Positions 38,449 through 48,900 of a DNA stretch of 60,381 bases are shown here, piece after piece. The stretch is from positions 1-60,381 of the forward strand of contig JAQWRG010000025.1 in assembly GCA_029243855.1 (NCBI GenBank), written 5' to 3'. Each line of letters opens with the position of its first letter. The stretch's first letter is position 1. The DNA comes from Flavobacteriales bacterium (GTDB lineage Bacteria; Bacteroidota; Bacteroidia; Flavobacteriales_D; Parvicellaceae). Below the pieces are notes generated by a model. The model saw nothing but the letters and a program-made list of their open reading frames with translations. It was not told the origin of the DNA and searched no databases. Both the position numbers and the translations under genes were made by a program.

Positions 38449-38790
38449 ATGTCTGTTAGTCAAAGAAAAATCAAAACCTTAGTCGACATTAGGTCAATAA
38501 ATGATTTATTTATTAAAGGAAAGCACAAACAAACATTTCCATTAAGACTACATTATTTTTCTGCTAAAGAAACAAAAACAGTATTTACAGTTTCAAAAAA
38601 AAAGCTTCCAAAAGCAGTTGATAGAAATAGAATTAAAAGGGTTCTAAAAGATGTTTACTTTAACAACTTTGCAGAACAGGGAGAGAGGCGAAAATATCAT
38701 TTAGGTTTTGTTTATCTTTCCTCAAAATTGATGAGTCATAAAGAAATTGTCAAAAGCATGAAAACTCTAATGGATAAAATTAACCAATGA
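38449..38790 (+). CDS. rnpA: Ribonuclease P protein component
   Basis: VSKKKLPKAVDRNRIKRVLKD (RNR motif). 113 aa and basic. Confidence 0.8.
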   Translation: MSVSQRKIKTLVDIRSINDLFIKGKHKQTFPLRLHYFSAKETKTVFTVSKKKLPKAVDRNRIKRVLKDVYFNNFAEQGERRKYHLGFVYLSSKLMSHKEIVKSMKTLMDKINQ

Positions 38791-40421
38791 AAAGAATATA
38801 TTTATTAGTTATTATATTCACAACTACACTTTTTCTTTCTACTACTAAAATAGATACAGATTATTTTGAAATAAGTAAAAACCTTCGAATCATGGGAAGT
38901 GTTTACGAAAAAATAAATAATTTTTATGTTGATGAGGTAAAACCAGGAGAACTTATAACAAAAGGAATTGATGCAATGCTTCAATCTTTAGATCCGTTTA
39001 CCGTTTATATTTCGGAATCACAAATAGAAGATTTTAGGTTTACCACAACGGGTGAGTATGGAGGCATTGGTGCAACCATAAAAAAAACAAACCAAAAAAC
39101 AATCATTACAGAACTATACGAAAACTCACCAGCACACAAAGCAGGCTTAAAACCTGGGGACATAATCATAGAAATAGACAACCAACAAATAGACAAAGCA
39201 ACGATTAAAGAAGTAAGTAATTTTTTAAAAGGACCATCAGAATCAACAATTGATATAAAAATTCTTAGAAAGAACCAACCAAAAAATATATTAGTAAAAA
39301 GAGAAGAGATAAAACTTCCTTCAGTTCCAATTCATAAAAAGATTAACTCCAACACAGGATATATAAAGCTTACATCTTTTACACAGTCAGCAGCAAAAGA
39401 AACAAAAGAAGCCCTACTTGACTTAAAACAACAAAACCTAAACAACTTAATAATAGATCTTCGTTCAAATGGGGGGGGGCTTTTAAATGAAGCAGTTAAA
39501 ATAGTTAATTTCTTTACTCCAAAAGGACAGATAGTTGTAAATACAAAAAGCCGAATTCCTGAAATGAATAGGTCGTATTACACCACCCTTAACCCAATAG
39601 ACACCACCCTTAAACTTATAGTTTTAATTGACGAAAATTCAGCATCTGCAAGTGAAATTGTTGCAGGTAGTTTACAAGACCTTGATAAAGCTGTTATTGT
39701 CGGAGCAAATAGTTATGGAAAAGGGCTTGTACAACAAACAAAAGAATTAAGTTTTGGTTCTCAGATTAAAATTACTGTAGCAAAATATTATACCCCAAGC
39801 GGAAGGTGCATTCAAAAAATTGATTATTCCAAAAAAACAGCAAAAGGAAAGTCAGAACAAATAGCCGATAGTCTTGTTAATACTTTTTTTACTAGGTCGG
39901 GCCGAAAAGTTATGGATGCCAGGGGGATTGAGCCAGATTGTACAGTAACAATGGAATATTATAGTGCAATAACAGAAGAATTGTTATTTAACGACATCAT
40001 ATTTGATTATGTAAATCATGCATATGCTTCAATTGATAGTATTGCTAAACCAGCCACCTTTAAAATAAACCAATCAGAGTATAATAAATTTAAAAGTTTT
40101 GCTTTAGCTAAAAATATAACCTATCAAACACAAACAAATTTCCATTTAAAGGAATTGAAAAAAGTGGCAAAAAAAGAAAAATATTTTGAAGAAAACAATG
40201 AGGTTTTTCATCAATTAGATAGTGTTTTTTCAATAAACATTGAGAGTGATTTAGATAAGTTTAAAGAGGAAATAGTTTTCTTTATTGAAAACGAAATTAT
40301 TTCAAGGTATTATTTTCAAAAGGGAAGAATAGAAGCCTCTCTAACAAAAGATCCATACATTATAGAAGCAACCAATATTTTCAAAAAAGATTCTTTGTAT
40401 AATGTTATTTTAGGCTTGTAA
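38787..40421 (+). CDS. S41-family C-terminal processing peptidase with PDZ domain
   Basis: PDZ block (SPAHKAGLKPGDIIIEIDN), DLRSNGGGLL, NSASASEIVAGSLQD (Ser nucleophile), SYGKGLVQ (Lys). Confidence 0.85.
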   Translation: MKRIYLLVIIFTTTLFLSTTKIDTDYFEISKNLRIMGSVYEKINNFYVDEVKPGELITKGIDAMLQSLDPFTVYISESQIEDFRFTTTGEYGGIGATIKKTNQKTIITELYENSPAHKAGLKPGDIIIEIDNQQIDKATIKEVSNFLKGPSESTIDIKILRKNQPKNILVKREEIKLPSVPIHKKINSNTGYIKLTSFTQSAAKETKEALLDLKQQNLNNLIIDLRSNGGGLLNEAVKIVNFFTPKGQIVVNTKSRIPEMNRSYYTTLNPIDTTLKLIVLIDENSASASEIVAGSLQDLDKAVIVGANSYGKGLVQQTKELSFGSQIKITVAKYYTPSGRCIQKIDYSKKTAKGKSEQIADSLVNTFFTRSGRKVMDARGIEPDCTVTMEYYSAITEELLFNDIIFDYVNHAYASIDSIAKPATFKINQSEYNKFKSFALAKNITYQTQTNFHLKELKKVAKKEKYFEENNEVFHQLDSVFSINIESDLDKFKEEIVFFIENEIISRYYFQKGRIEASLTKDPYIIEATNIFKKDSLYNVILGL

Positions 40422-40422
40422 A

Positions 40423-41997
40423 ATGAACACATTAGCTTTTAATATTCCTCACAGAAAACTATACATCTACTTTCTTATGTTTCTTGTTTTTGGCGTTTCT
40501 TTAAGTAAGCCATTAATGAGCATTTCAATTATAGCTCTTGCTTTAAACTGGATTTTTGAAGGAAATTTTATAGAGAAAATAAAAAAAAATAAAAGCTATG
40601 GTTATGCTCCAATAATCTTATCAGCTGCTTTTTTTATTGAGGTGATATGGATGTTAAAAACAGAGGTTTTGTCAGAGGGGATTTTTGAATTAAAAACAAA
40701 ACTTCCGATGCTTTTTTTACCATTAATTATAGGAACATCTAAAGCGCTTGAAAAGCCTGATGTTAAGAAAATAATTTACTCTTTTTATGCGGGTTTATTT
40801 ATAAGTTCAATTATGGTTTTCGCAGCAGACTTAAACCTTATTCCAACAAAAAACAATTCAGGAACTTTTAGGGACAATTCCATATTTATGTCCCACATTA
40901 GATATTCAGCGCTTGTTTCTTTTGGCGTTTTATTACTCGTGCATTTAAGAAACAAAATAAAACATAAAGTTTATGCTGTAATAATGATTTTATGGTTTTT
41001 ATATATTTTATACATTTTACAATCTCTAACAGGAATACTGTGCTTGTGTTTAAGCGGTTTTTTATACTTGAGCATAAAGATCTATTGCGAAGGCATAAAA
41101 AAACGAATTAAAACAGTCCTAGCTTTAGGTTTGCCAATTCTTGGAATCGTTCTATACACCCTCAACATCTACTATGATTATACAATAATTAAAGACAATA
41201 ATTCATTAAGTGCTCTAACTCCAACAACTAAACTTGGAGAAAAATACATTCACGATCTCAACAATTTAGAAATAGAAAATGGAAATTATCTATGGATAAA
41301 CATTGCCCCAAAAGAGGCAGAAAAGACTTGGAATGAAATAAGTAAAGTTAAATTCAACGACAATGACCTTAGAGGTCAACCAATTAAATATACTTTATAC
41401 AGATATCTTACTTCAAAAGGGTTAAAAAAAGACAGAGAGGGCGTAATGTCTTTAACACCAAGCGACATAAAAAGAATAGAGTCAGGACACACAACACATA
41501 TGAATTATAATTTATTCGAAAAAAGAGTAAGGGGAGTTTATTTTGAATTAACAAACTATAAAAATGGTCAAAAATCAAACAACCATTCTTTAACTCAGCG
41601 AATAACTTTTTTAGAGATTGCCTCTCAAATTTTGAAAGAAGATTTTTATTTAGGAAAAGGAACTGGCGGAACCAAAAGTGCCTATAGAAAATATTATTTA
41701 AAAGAACAAAAAGGATTATCGCATCAAAATCAATTAAGGGCTCATAACCAATTTATCACTCAGTTTATTAATCTTGGTCTAATTGGTTTTTTGCTTTGGA
41801 TTGTCTCGATCTTATATCCCGTTTTGATTTTTAAACCAAAACACAACGCACTCTATTACTCTTTTTTATTAATAATATTCATTAGCTTCTTAGCGGATGA
41901 CATGCTTGAAAGGCAGGCGGGCGTAACAATTTTTACAGCATTTAATGCTTTATTACTTTTTGGAATTACAAATAAAAATTATTCTCTCTCTTCTTGA
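40423..41997 (+). CDS. O-antigen ligase / Wzy_C-like polytopic membrane protein
   Basis: About 10 TM segments. Large loop followed by RAHNQFITQFINLGLIGF (H.HN......E.G..G-type Wzy_C motif). Confidence 0.55.
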   Translation: MNTLAFNIPHRKLYIYFLMFLVFGVSLSKPLMSISIIALALNWIFEGNFIEKIKKNKSYGYAPIILSAAFFIEVIWMLKTEVLSEGIFELKTKLPMLFLPLIIGTSKALEKPDVKKIIYSFYAGLFISSIMVFAADLNLIPTKNNSGTFRDNSIFMSHIRYSALVSFGVLLLVHLRNKIKHKVYAVIMILWFLYILYILQSLTGILCLCLSGFLYLSIKIYCEGIKKRIKTVLALGLPILGIVLYTLNIYYDYTIIKDNNSLSALTPTTKLGEKYIHDLNNLEIENGNYLWINIAPKEAEKTWNEISKVKFNDNDLRGQPIKYTLYRYLTSKGLKKDREGVMSLTPSDIKRIESGHTTHMNYNLFEKRVRGVYFELTNYKNGQKSNNHSLTQRITFLEIASQILKEDFYLGKGTGGTKSAYRKYYLKEQKGLSHQNQLRAHNQFITQFINLGLIGFLLWIVSILYPVLIFKPKHNALYYSFLLIIFISFLADDMLERQAGVTIFTAFNALLLFGITNKNYSLSS

Positions 41998-42899
41998 TTA
42001 AAAAGAATTCTAAAAATAAATCCGTGACTCCCCGTACTATAGTTGTTCAAATTAGACGTGGTGAAATCATAAGAATATCCAATAGATAAGTTTTCTTTGA
42101 AAGTATACCCCAGCATTATTGTTGCAGCATCATTGGTTCTAAAACCAAGCCCCCCCCAAACCATATTTTTCCAAATAACACGAGAAATCAATTCTACTTG
42201 AACAGGTGCAGGAGAAACATATCGAATAACTATATAAGGATCAATTAATAGGTCATTATTCAAAGCATACTTATATCCTCCATGAAGAATATAATGATCT
42301 TCTAATTTATTTAAAGCAGGATTTGGAGAAGAAATATTAGACAGATTAAGCTGGTTTTGTAATAAGTTTGGAGCCGCTCCACCAAAATGCCAATTATCTC
42401 CATAAAGAAGAAAACCAAATTTAGCATCTGGAACAAGCGTCTTCATAAGTACGTTTGACATAGCGGGATCAGCCATATCATCAAGGCTAATTTTACCACC
42501 GTCAATATTCCACTCTAAAAGTCCTGCACTTAAGGAAAGTGCCAATTTAATGTTGTCGTTAATTTTTAAATGGTGAGTATAAGATAGTTGAGCACCAGTT
42601 CTTCTTGTTGGCCCTACGTGATCTGTATATAAAAACCCACCTAAGCCACCCTTGTGATCTTTTGTAGGTCCATTTATACTTAAAGTATATGTTCTAGGAG
42701 CATCTGTAATTCCCACCCACTGATAACGGTGGTTAGAGGTAACATTAAAATGCTTTTCCATTCCTGCAAATGCAGGATTGTTAATGTATTTATTTAAATA
42801 GAACTGACCGTAAATAGGAAGCTGCTGAGCCTTTAAGACATTTATAAATAGGACTATAAATAGTAAAACTAGAACGATATGTGAAAACCTTTTTTTCAT
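41979..42899 (-). CDS. T9SS membrane protein, PorP/SprF family (cognate partner of the giant adhesin)
   Basis: Signal peptide, then QQLPIYGQFYLNKYINNPAFAG signature and a beta-barrel-like remainder. Its ATG (42899) lies 1 nt from the adhesin stop (42901-42903). Confidence 0.8.
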   Translation of the reverse strand: MKKRFSHIVLVLLFIVLFINVLKAQQLPIYGQFYLNKYINNPAFAGMEKHFNVTSNHRYQWVGITDAPRTYTLSINGPTKDHKGGLGGFLYTDHVGPTRRTGAQLSYTHHLKINDNIKLALSLSAGLLEWNIDGGKISLDDMADPAMSNVLMKTLVPDAKFGFLLYGDNWHFGGAAPNLLQNQLNLSNISSPNPALNKLEDHYILHGGYKYALNNDLLIDPYIVIRYVSPAPVQVELISRVIWKNMVWGGLGFRTNDAATIMLGYTFKENLSIGYSYDFTTSNLNNYSTGSHGFIFRILFNQEERE

Positions 42900-42900
42900 A

Positions 42901-45900
42901 CTATTTAATTATTGTTATTGGGCCAGTTATAGCATCAGGAAATTTCGGGTCATTCAATTCAATAATGTAATAATAGGTTCCTACAGGTAATTCAGCATTG
43001 TTGTATTTTCCATTCCAAGGGTTGGTATAGCCGGGATCGGACGTATAAAGCTTATGCCCCCATCTGTTGTATATTTCAACAACACAAAGAGGAAACTGTT
43101 CTATTTGATTTATTTTCCACTCATCGTTGGTTCCATCATTATTAGGAGAAAACCCAGAAGAGTAAGTGATTTCTGGAATCAACTCTACATAAATACTATC
43201 TGAATTAAAGCAGCCATTACTATCTGAAACAAACATAGTATATGTTTGGTTTGCCAATAGTTCAATTTCTGGATTGGAATATGTAGTATCATCAATACTT
43301 ACAAAATTCACACTTGGAAACCAAGAATAGCTAGAACCAAGAGGGGCTGAAGGTGATCCGCCTAGTGAAACATAAGACCCATAAAGTTCTTTGATAGAGT
43401 CTCCAGCATCAACAACAGGAATGTCAAACACAACAACAGAAAGCGTATCGGTTGATGAGCAATTTTGATCTGAAACGGTGAAAACAAAATCAACTATTCC
43501 GGCACTATCGTTGAAACAGAAATTCAAGCTGTCTATAGAAGACAATACTGAAGAAGAATCAACAAGTGACCAAGAATAAGTCAAGGAATTGGTTCCTGAA
43601 CCTGTTCCAAAAAGATCCAAGCAATTGTCAATACAAACCGAGGTATCGTTAGTCGCTAATGCGGTAATAATATTATCAGCAATAACATTAATTGTATCTG
43701 TTCCGGTACAAAGGTTGCCATCGTTAATAAATATAATGTATTGTCCAGGGAGTAAACCAGAAATATCTTGAATGTTTGATGAGAAAACAGAGGCCGAATC
43801 AGACCAATTGTACTGATAATTACCATCTCCACCAATAACAGAAATATTTATTGATCCATCAGCTTGGTTGGGACAATAGGAATTAACAACTAAATCAGTA
43901 ATCACATTAATTTCGTTTGGCTCGGTAATGGTTATCGATTGTTGTGTAGAACAACCGTTTTGGTCGGTAACAACTACATCATAAACCCCATCACAAAGAG
44001 AACTTTCATAAATATTAGAAGAACCTAAATTCAACCAGCTAATTAGAAAAATATTATTCCCACCAAAAGGAACGATTCCTGCTTCACCATCACAAGCCCC
44101 AAAACATGTGGGGTCTATAACTAAAGGAGAGCCTAATAAAATAGGGTCAGGACCATCAATTGTGATTGATGCTGAACCAATACATCCACTTGAAACATCT
44201 TCAACAACAACAGTTACTAAGGAATCAGAACACAAACCTACAATTGAACTTGTTGTTGCACCTCCATTCCACGTGTAATTTAGAGACCCTCCACTGCTAT
44301 TGGATACATTGGCAACAGCTTCACCATTACAAAGATCTGAGCAAGAAGGAGAAGTTATAGCTAAGTCAACAAACAAACCATTCACAGAATTTAGCTCAAA
44401 TTGAAAATCTTCTATACAGCCAATACCATTGGAAATATTTGCGTTATAACTTCCAGCAGATAGGCCATTTATACTATTTCCATTACCATTAAAACCATTA
44501 GGACCGGTCCAATTTGTAGAATATGGCCCAAAACTTCCATAAGTAGCAATAGATATGCTACCGTCATTAATACCACAATTAGCATCACTAACAACAGCTT
44601 GAGTTAAAATTGGATCAGCCTCATCAATTTCAACCGGAACAACACGTAAACAGTTTTCATCATCGATAATTTCTATATAATATGTTCCAGCTTGAGCACC
44701 GGTTAAAACATTAGAGGTTTGCCCATTATGAGGCCAATAATAAGTATATGGCGGAGTACCACCTATAGGGATAACGGACGCACTTCCATTAGACGCACCA
44801 AAACAAGATGCGTCAACAACAGAAACCGTTTGATTTGTAGGGCCATTAACGTTGTTAACAGATAAATAATCTATAGTACTACATCCGTTTACATCAACCA
44901 CTTCGTAGCTGTAAATCCCAGCACAAAGATTAGCGTGATTGGGGCCAGTTATTCCATCAAACCAAGTAATATTTAAAGACCCAGACCCACCCACAGCAGC
45001 TACTGTTGCTTGCCCATCACAAGCACCGCAACTTGCATCTACAACAGAGGCAGAGCTTGATATTGTTTGGCTTGCGCTAATTGATATAGATTGTTGAGCA
45101 TGACAACCGTTGTTATCTGTAATTAATAAAGAGTTTGATCCCAAGCATAAAGCAATAGCATTGTTTGTGGTTTCTCCATTAGACCATAAATAGGAGTAAG
45201 GCAATTCACCCCCTGACACAACAGCTACTGCAGCGCCATCACACACTGAACTACAAGAGCTAGAAGAGCTATTGGGCAAACTAATGTTTATTGGTTGTCC
45301 TTCAAAAATATCGACTGTTTCAAATTTAACACAGCCTGTAACATTATCAGTTACTTCAACAATATATTCTCCAGCGCTTTGATTATTTAAAATAGGGCCA
45401 TTATTACCAACAGAACTGTTGTTTTCATCAAACCAACTGTATGAAATAGGATTTGCATTTCCAGAAACGGATGCAACCGCTTGCCCATCGCTTAAACCGA
45501 AACAACTAACCGAATCAACAGTAATATCAACAGCAAATTCTGTATAATTTGAAAAGTTAATAGGCATGAAAGAACTACATCCAGCACCATCGCTAACTGT
45601 CACAGAATATAACCCTCCAGAAACATTTGATATAGATGAACTAGTTGCGGAATTAGACCATAAATAACTATATGACCCACTACCGCCACTTACAATTAAA
45701 TCAATAGTTCCGTTATTAACTCCACAGTTTGCGGGTGTAATGTATGGGTTAATTATAATTGGCGAAGGCTCAGATAATTCAATATCTAACGTTTTTGAAC
45801 AACCGTTATCATCTAAAATGGTCAAGAAATAAACCCCAGCGGATAAATTATTCAAAGATGATGAAGTGGAACCATCGTTTAACCAATAGTATTGATATGG

Positions 45901-48900
45901 GGCAACCCCACCACTTACAGCAACCGAAATAGAACCATCATTTAACCCATAACAACTTGGGTTAATTAAAGTGGTGGTTTCTACTATACCCAATTGATCA
46001 TCACTTATCGTGATGTTTTTAGAAGAAGAGCAACCAAAATTATCTTCAACAGATACAGAGTGTACTCCAGCACACAAAGAAGTTGCGTTTAAACCAGCAT
46101 TTCCATTACTCCATATCGTAGTGTAAGTAGCTAAAGCGTTTCCACCAGAAACAGAAATCGAAGCTGTTCCATCACACAAACCACACGAGCTGTTTATTGT
46201 TGTTTCCGATATAATAATTTGTAGCGGTTCAAAAACCTCAACAGTATCTTTTGTTAAACACCCAAGATTGTCTGTTACGGTTAAAATATACTCTCCAGCC
46301 ATTAAGTTGTTAATCGCGCTATCTTGACTATTCACAGAAGGGTTCCACAAGAATGAATAAGGCATAGAACCACCACTTACAGTCGATGATATTGCACCGT
46401 CAGCACCACCAAAACAAGAAACACTATCAATATTATCTATTGAAATTACAGGACCAGTGGTGTTGGAAATTATAACAGAGGTGTCGCTTAAACAGCCAAC
46501 ATCATCAGAAAGATATAAAGTATATGTGCCGGCAATTAAACCAGACAAGTTAGCGTTATCATCGTTATCTCCAGTACCATCGTTATCCCAATCGTATATA
46601 TAGATTCCTGAGCCACCACTAACGTTACTAGTTATTGAACCATCAAGGAAACCACAGTTTGCATCACTGTAAGTAATATTGAACAACAATTGATCAGACG
46701 AAGTTATTTCAAAACTAGTATCAATAGAGCAGTTAAGGCTGTCTGTTATAGTTAAATTAAAAGTATCAGATTCTAAAGAGTTTAAATCTTCATTAGCACT
46801 ATTAAAACCAGCGCTATTAGCCCAAGTATAAACGTAGGCACCATTACCACCAAAAGCAGTAATATCTATCTCCCCGTTAACATCACCATAACAAAGGTTG
46901 TTTGTAATTGTTCCACTAACGGTTAGCTCTAAGGGTTGATTAACCACGAAAGTATCTTTAAGCGAACAGAGGTTCCCGTCTAAAACATTAAGGATATAAG
47001 TATTTGCGATCAAGACGCTTAAGTCTTCGCTATCATCATTATCACCAACCCCATCGATATCCCAATCAAACGTAAATGGAACAAGACCACCAGAGATGGT
47101 AATGTCAATAGCACCACTGGAATCGTTATAACAAACTAAATTAGTTACAGAATCACTTAATATTAATGCATCAGGCTGAGTAATTGTTATGCTACTATCT
47201 TTTAAGCAACCGTCAAGATCCGTTACAGTAATAACATATAGTCCAGTATCAAGACTATTTATGGATTCAGAAGAAGATAAAAAGCCATTTGGCCCAACCC
47301 ACGACCAATTATAAGAACCAGCTCCAGAGCTAGTATTCAGTGTAATGCTTCCATCAGCATAAGAGTTACATGTAACATTATTCAATGCAGCTGATAATAG
47401 TATTTCTGTTGGAGCATTAATTGTTAAGGTAGTGTCGTAAGTACAATTATTATCATCAACAATACTTAGCGAATAATCACCAGCATTTAGATTTACTAAT
47501 GAGGTTAACCCCGGGTCAACAAATGTAGGATCAGTGCTTGTCCAACTATAGTTTAATGTTGGATTTCCACCTGTCAATACAACATCAATTGCACCGTCAG
47601 TATAGCTAAAACAAGAGACATCAGTTACAACACCGTTACTCAAAATGGTATCCGGTTCACTAATTACAACATTAATAGAGTCTTTACAATTGTTGTCATC
47701 AACAACAACAATTTTATATTCACCTCCACTTAAAGAAGTTTGATTGGTATCAGAAATATTTAGCCCACTACCAGGAACAACAATAGACCACGTAGGAACC
47801 AAAGAGCCAGTTCCTCCAGAAAGAGTAATGGTAGAACTTCCATCGTTTGTTCCAAAACAAGTTACAGGTAAATTAACAGCTGCTATACCAACGGTATCAG
47901 GCTCATTAACATCATCACTTAATGCGGCAACACAACCAGTAGAAAGGTCGTTTATTATAACGGAATATGTTCCTGGGCCTAACCCTGTTAAATCTTCATC
48001 ATCATCATTATCGCCAACCCCATCAATATCCCAATCAACAGTATAAGAACTGGTTCCTGTAACAGTTAAGTCAAGCTCTCCATTGTTGTTTCCATTACAA
48101 TCAATGTCGGTAACAACGATTGTCAATGTAGGAGCATTAGCATTAGCAATTGGAAAAACAGCAGCTTTAGAACAATTGTTGTCGTCAGTAACGGTTACTT
48201 GGTAATTTCCTGCCCCAATATTAGTTAAAGAATTAAAAATGCTCAGGCCAAATACTGGAGTACTAATATCATCCCATACATATTGATAGTCTGTAAAAAT
48301 AGTCCCACCTTGAACAGCAACACTAATTTGTCCGTCTGAAAGGTTACAAGTGGGAGAAGTAATGGTTTCAACAATATAAATGGAATCAGGTTGAGAAACA
48401 ACAAAAGTATTGTTTAGTAATTCACAACCACTATGATCAGTGATGTTAAGTGCATATTCACCAGAATCTAAACCTACTAAATCTTCAAGTGATGAAGTAA
48501 AACCATTAGGCCCAGTCCAATCGGTTTGAAACGGAGAAGACCCCCCAGAAATTAATATAGATATTTCACCAGAGGAATTTCCATAACAATCTAAATCTGT
48601 TATGTTGCTTGTAATACTTAAGCCGTTTGTTGGACCAAGAACATTTATGTTTTTTGTATTAACACAACCATTAAAATCTGTTATTTCAATTGTGTATGAA
48701 CCACTTTTTAAACTATCAATATCCTCATCTGAGCTACTAAAACCATTAGGCCCTGTCCATACAAAACCAAAAGGAGAGCTTCCGGAAACCGTAATGTCGA
48801 TTTCCCCTGTAGAATCTCCAAAACACAAGACATCTACAGTGTTCCAAGATACGGTAGGGCCATTGTTGTCTGAAACAGGAATAGCAATGGAATCTGTACA

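Noticed and set aside
39471-39479. G9, G8 and C8 homopolymers in the S41 peptidase (39471-39479), the FAD enzyme (7402-7409) and PorP (42150-42157) as phase-variation tracts
   Set aside because: Each encodes a conserved Gly motif (SNGGGLL, LGGGISG, WGGLGF) in a gene with no obvious reason to phase-vary. More likely GGG codon usage at structurally required glycines. Only the longer C11 tract in a linker is kept as a finding.
44265-44280. Third CACGTG-containing site (cattccacgtgtaatt) as a possible degenerate parS
   Set aside because: Only 11 of 16 positions match the consensus, and both outer arms are lost. It lies inside the adhesin coding repeat.
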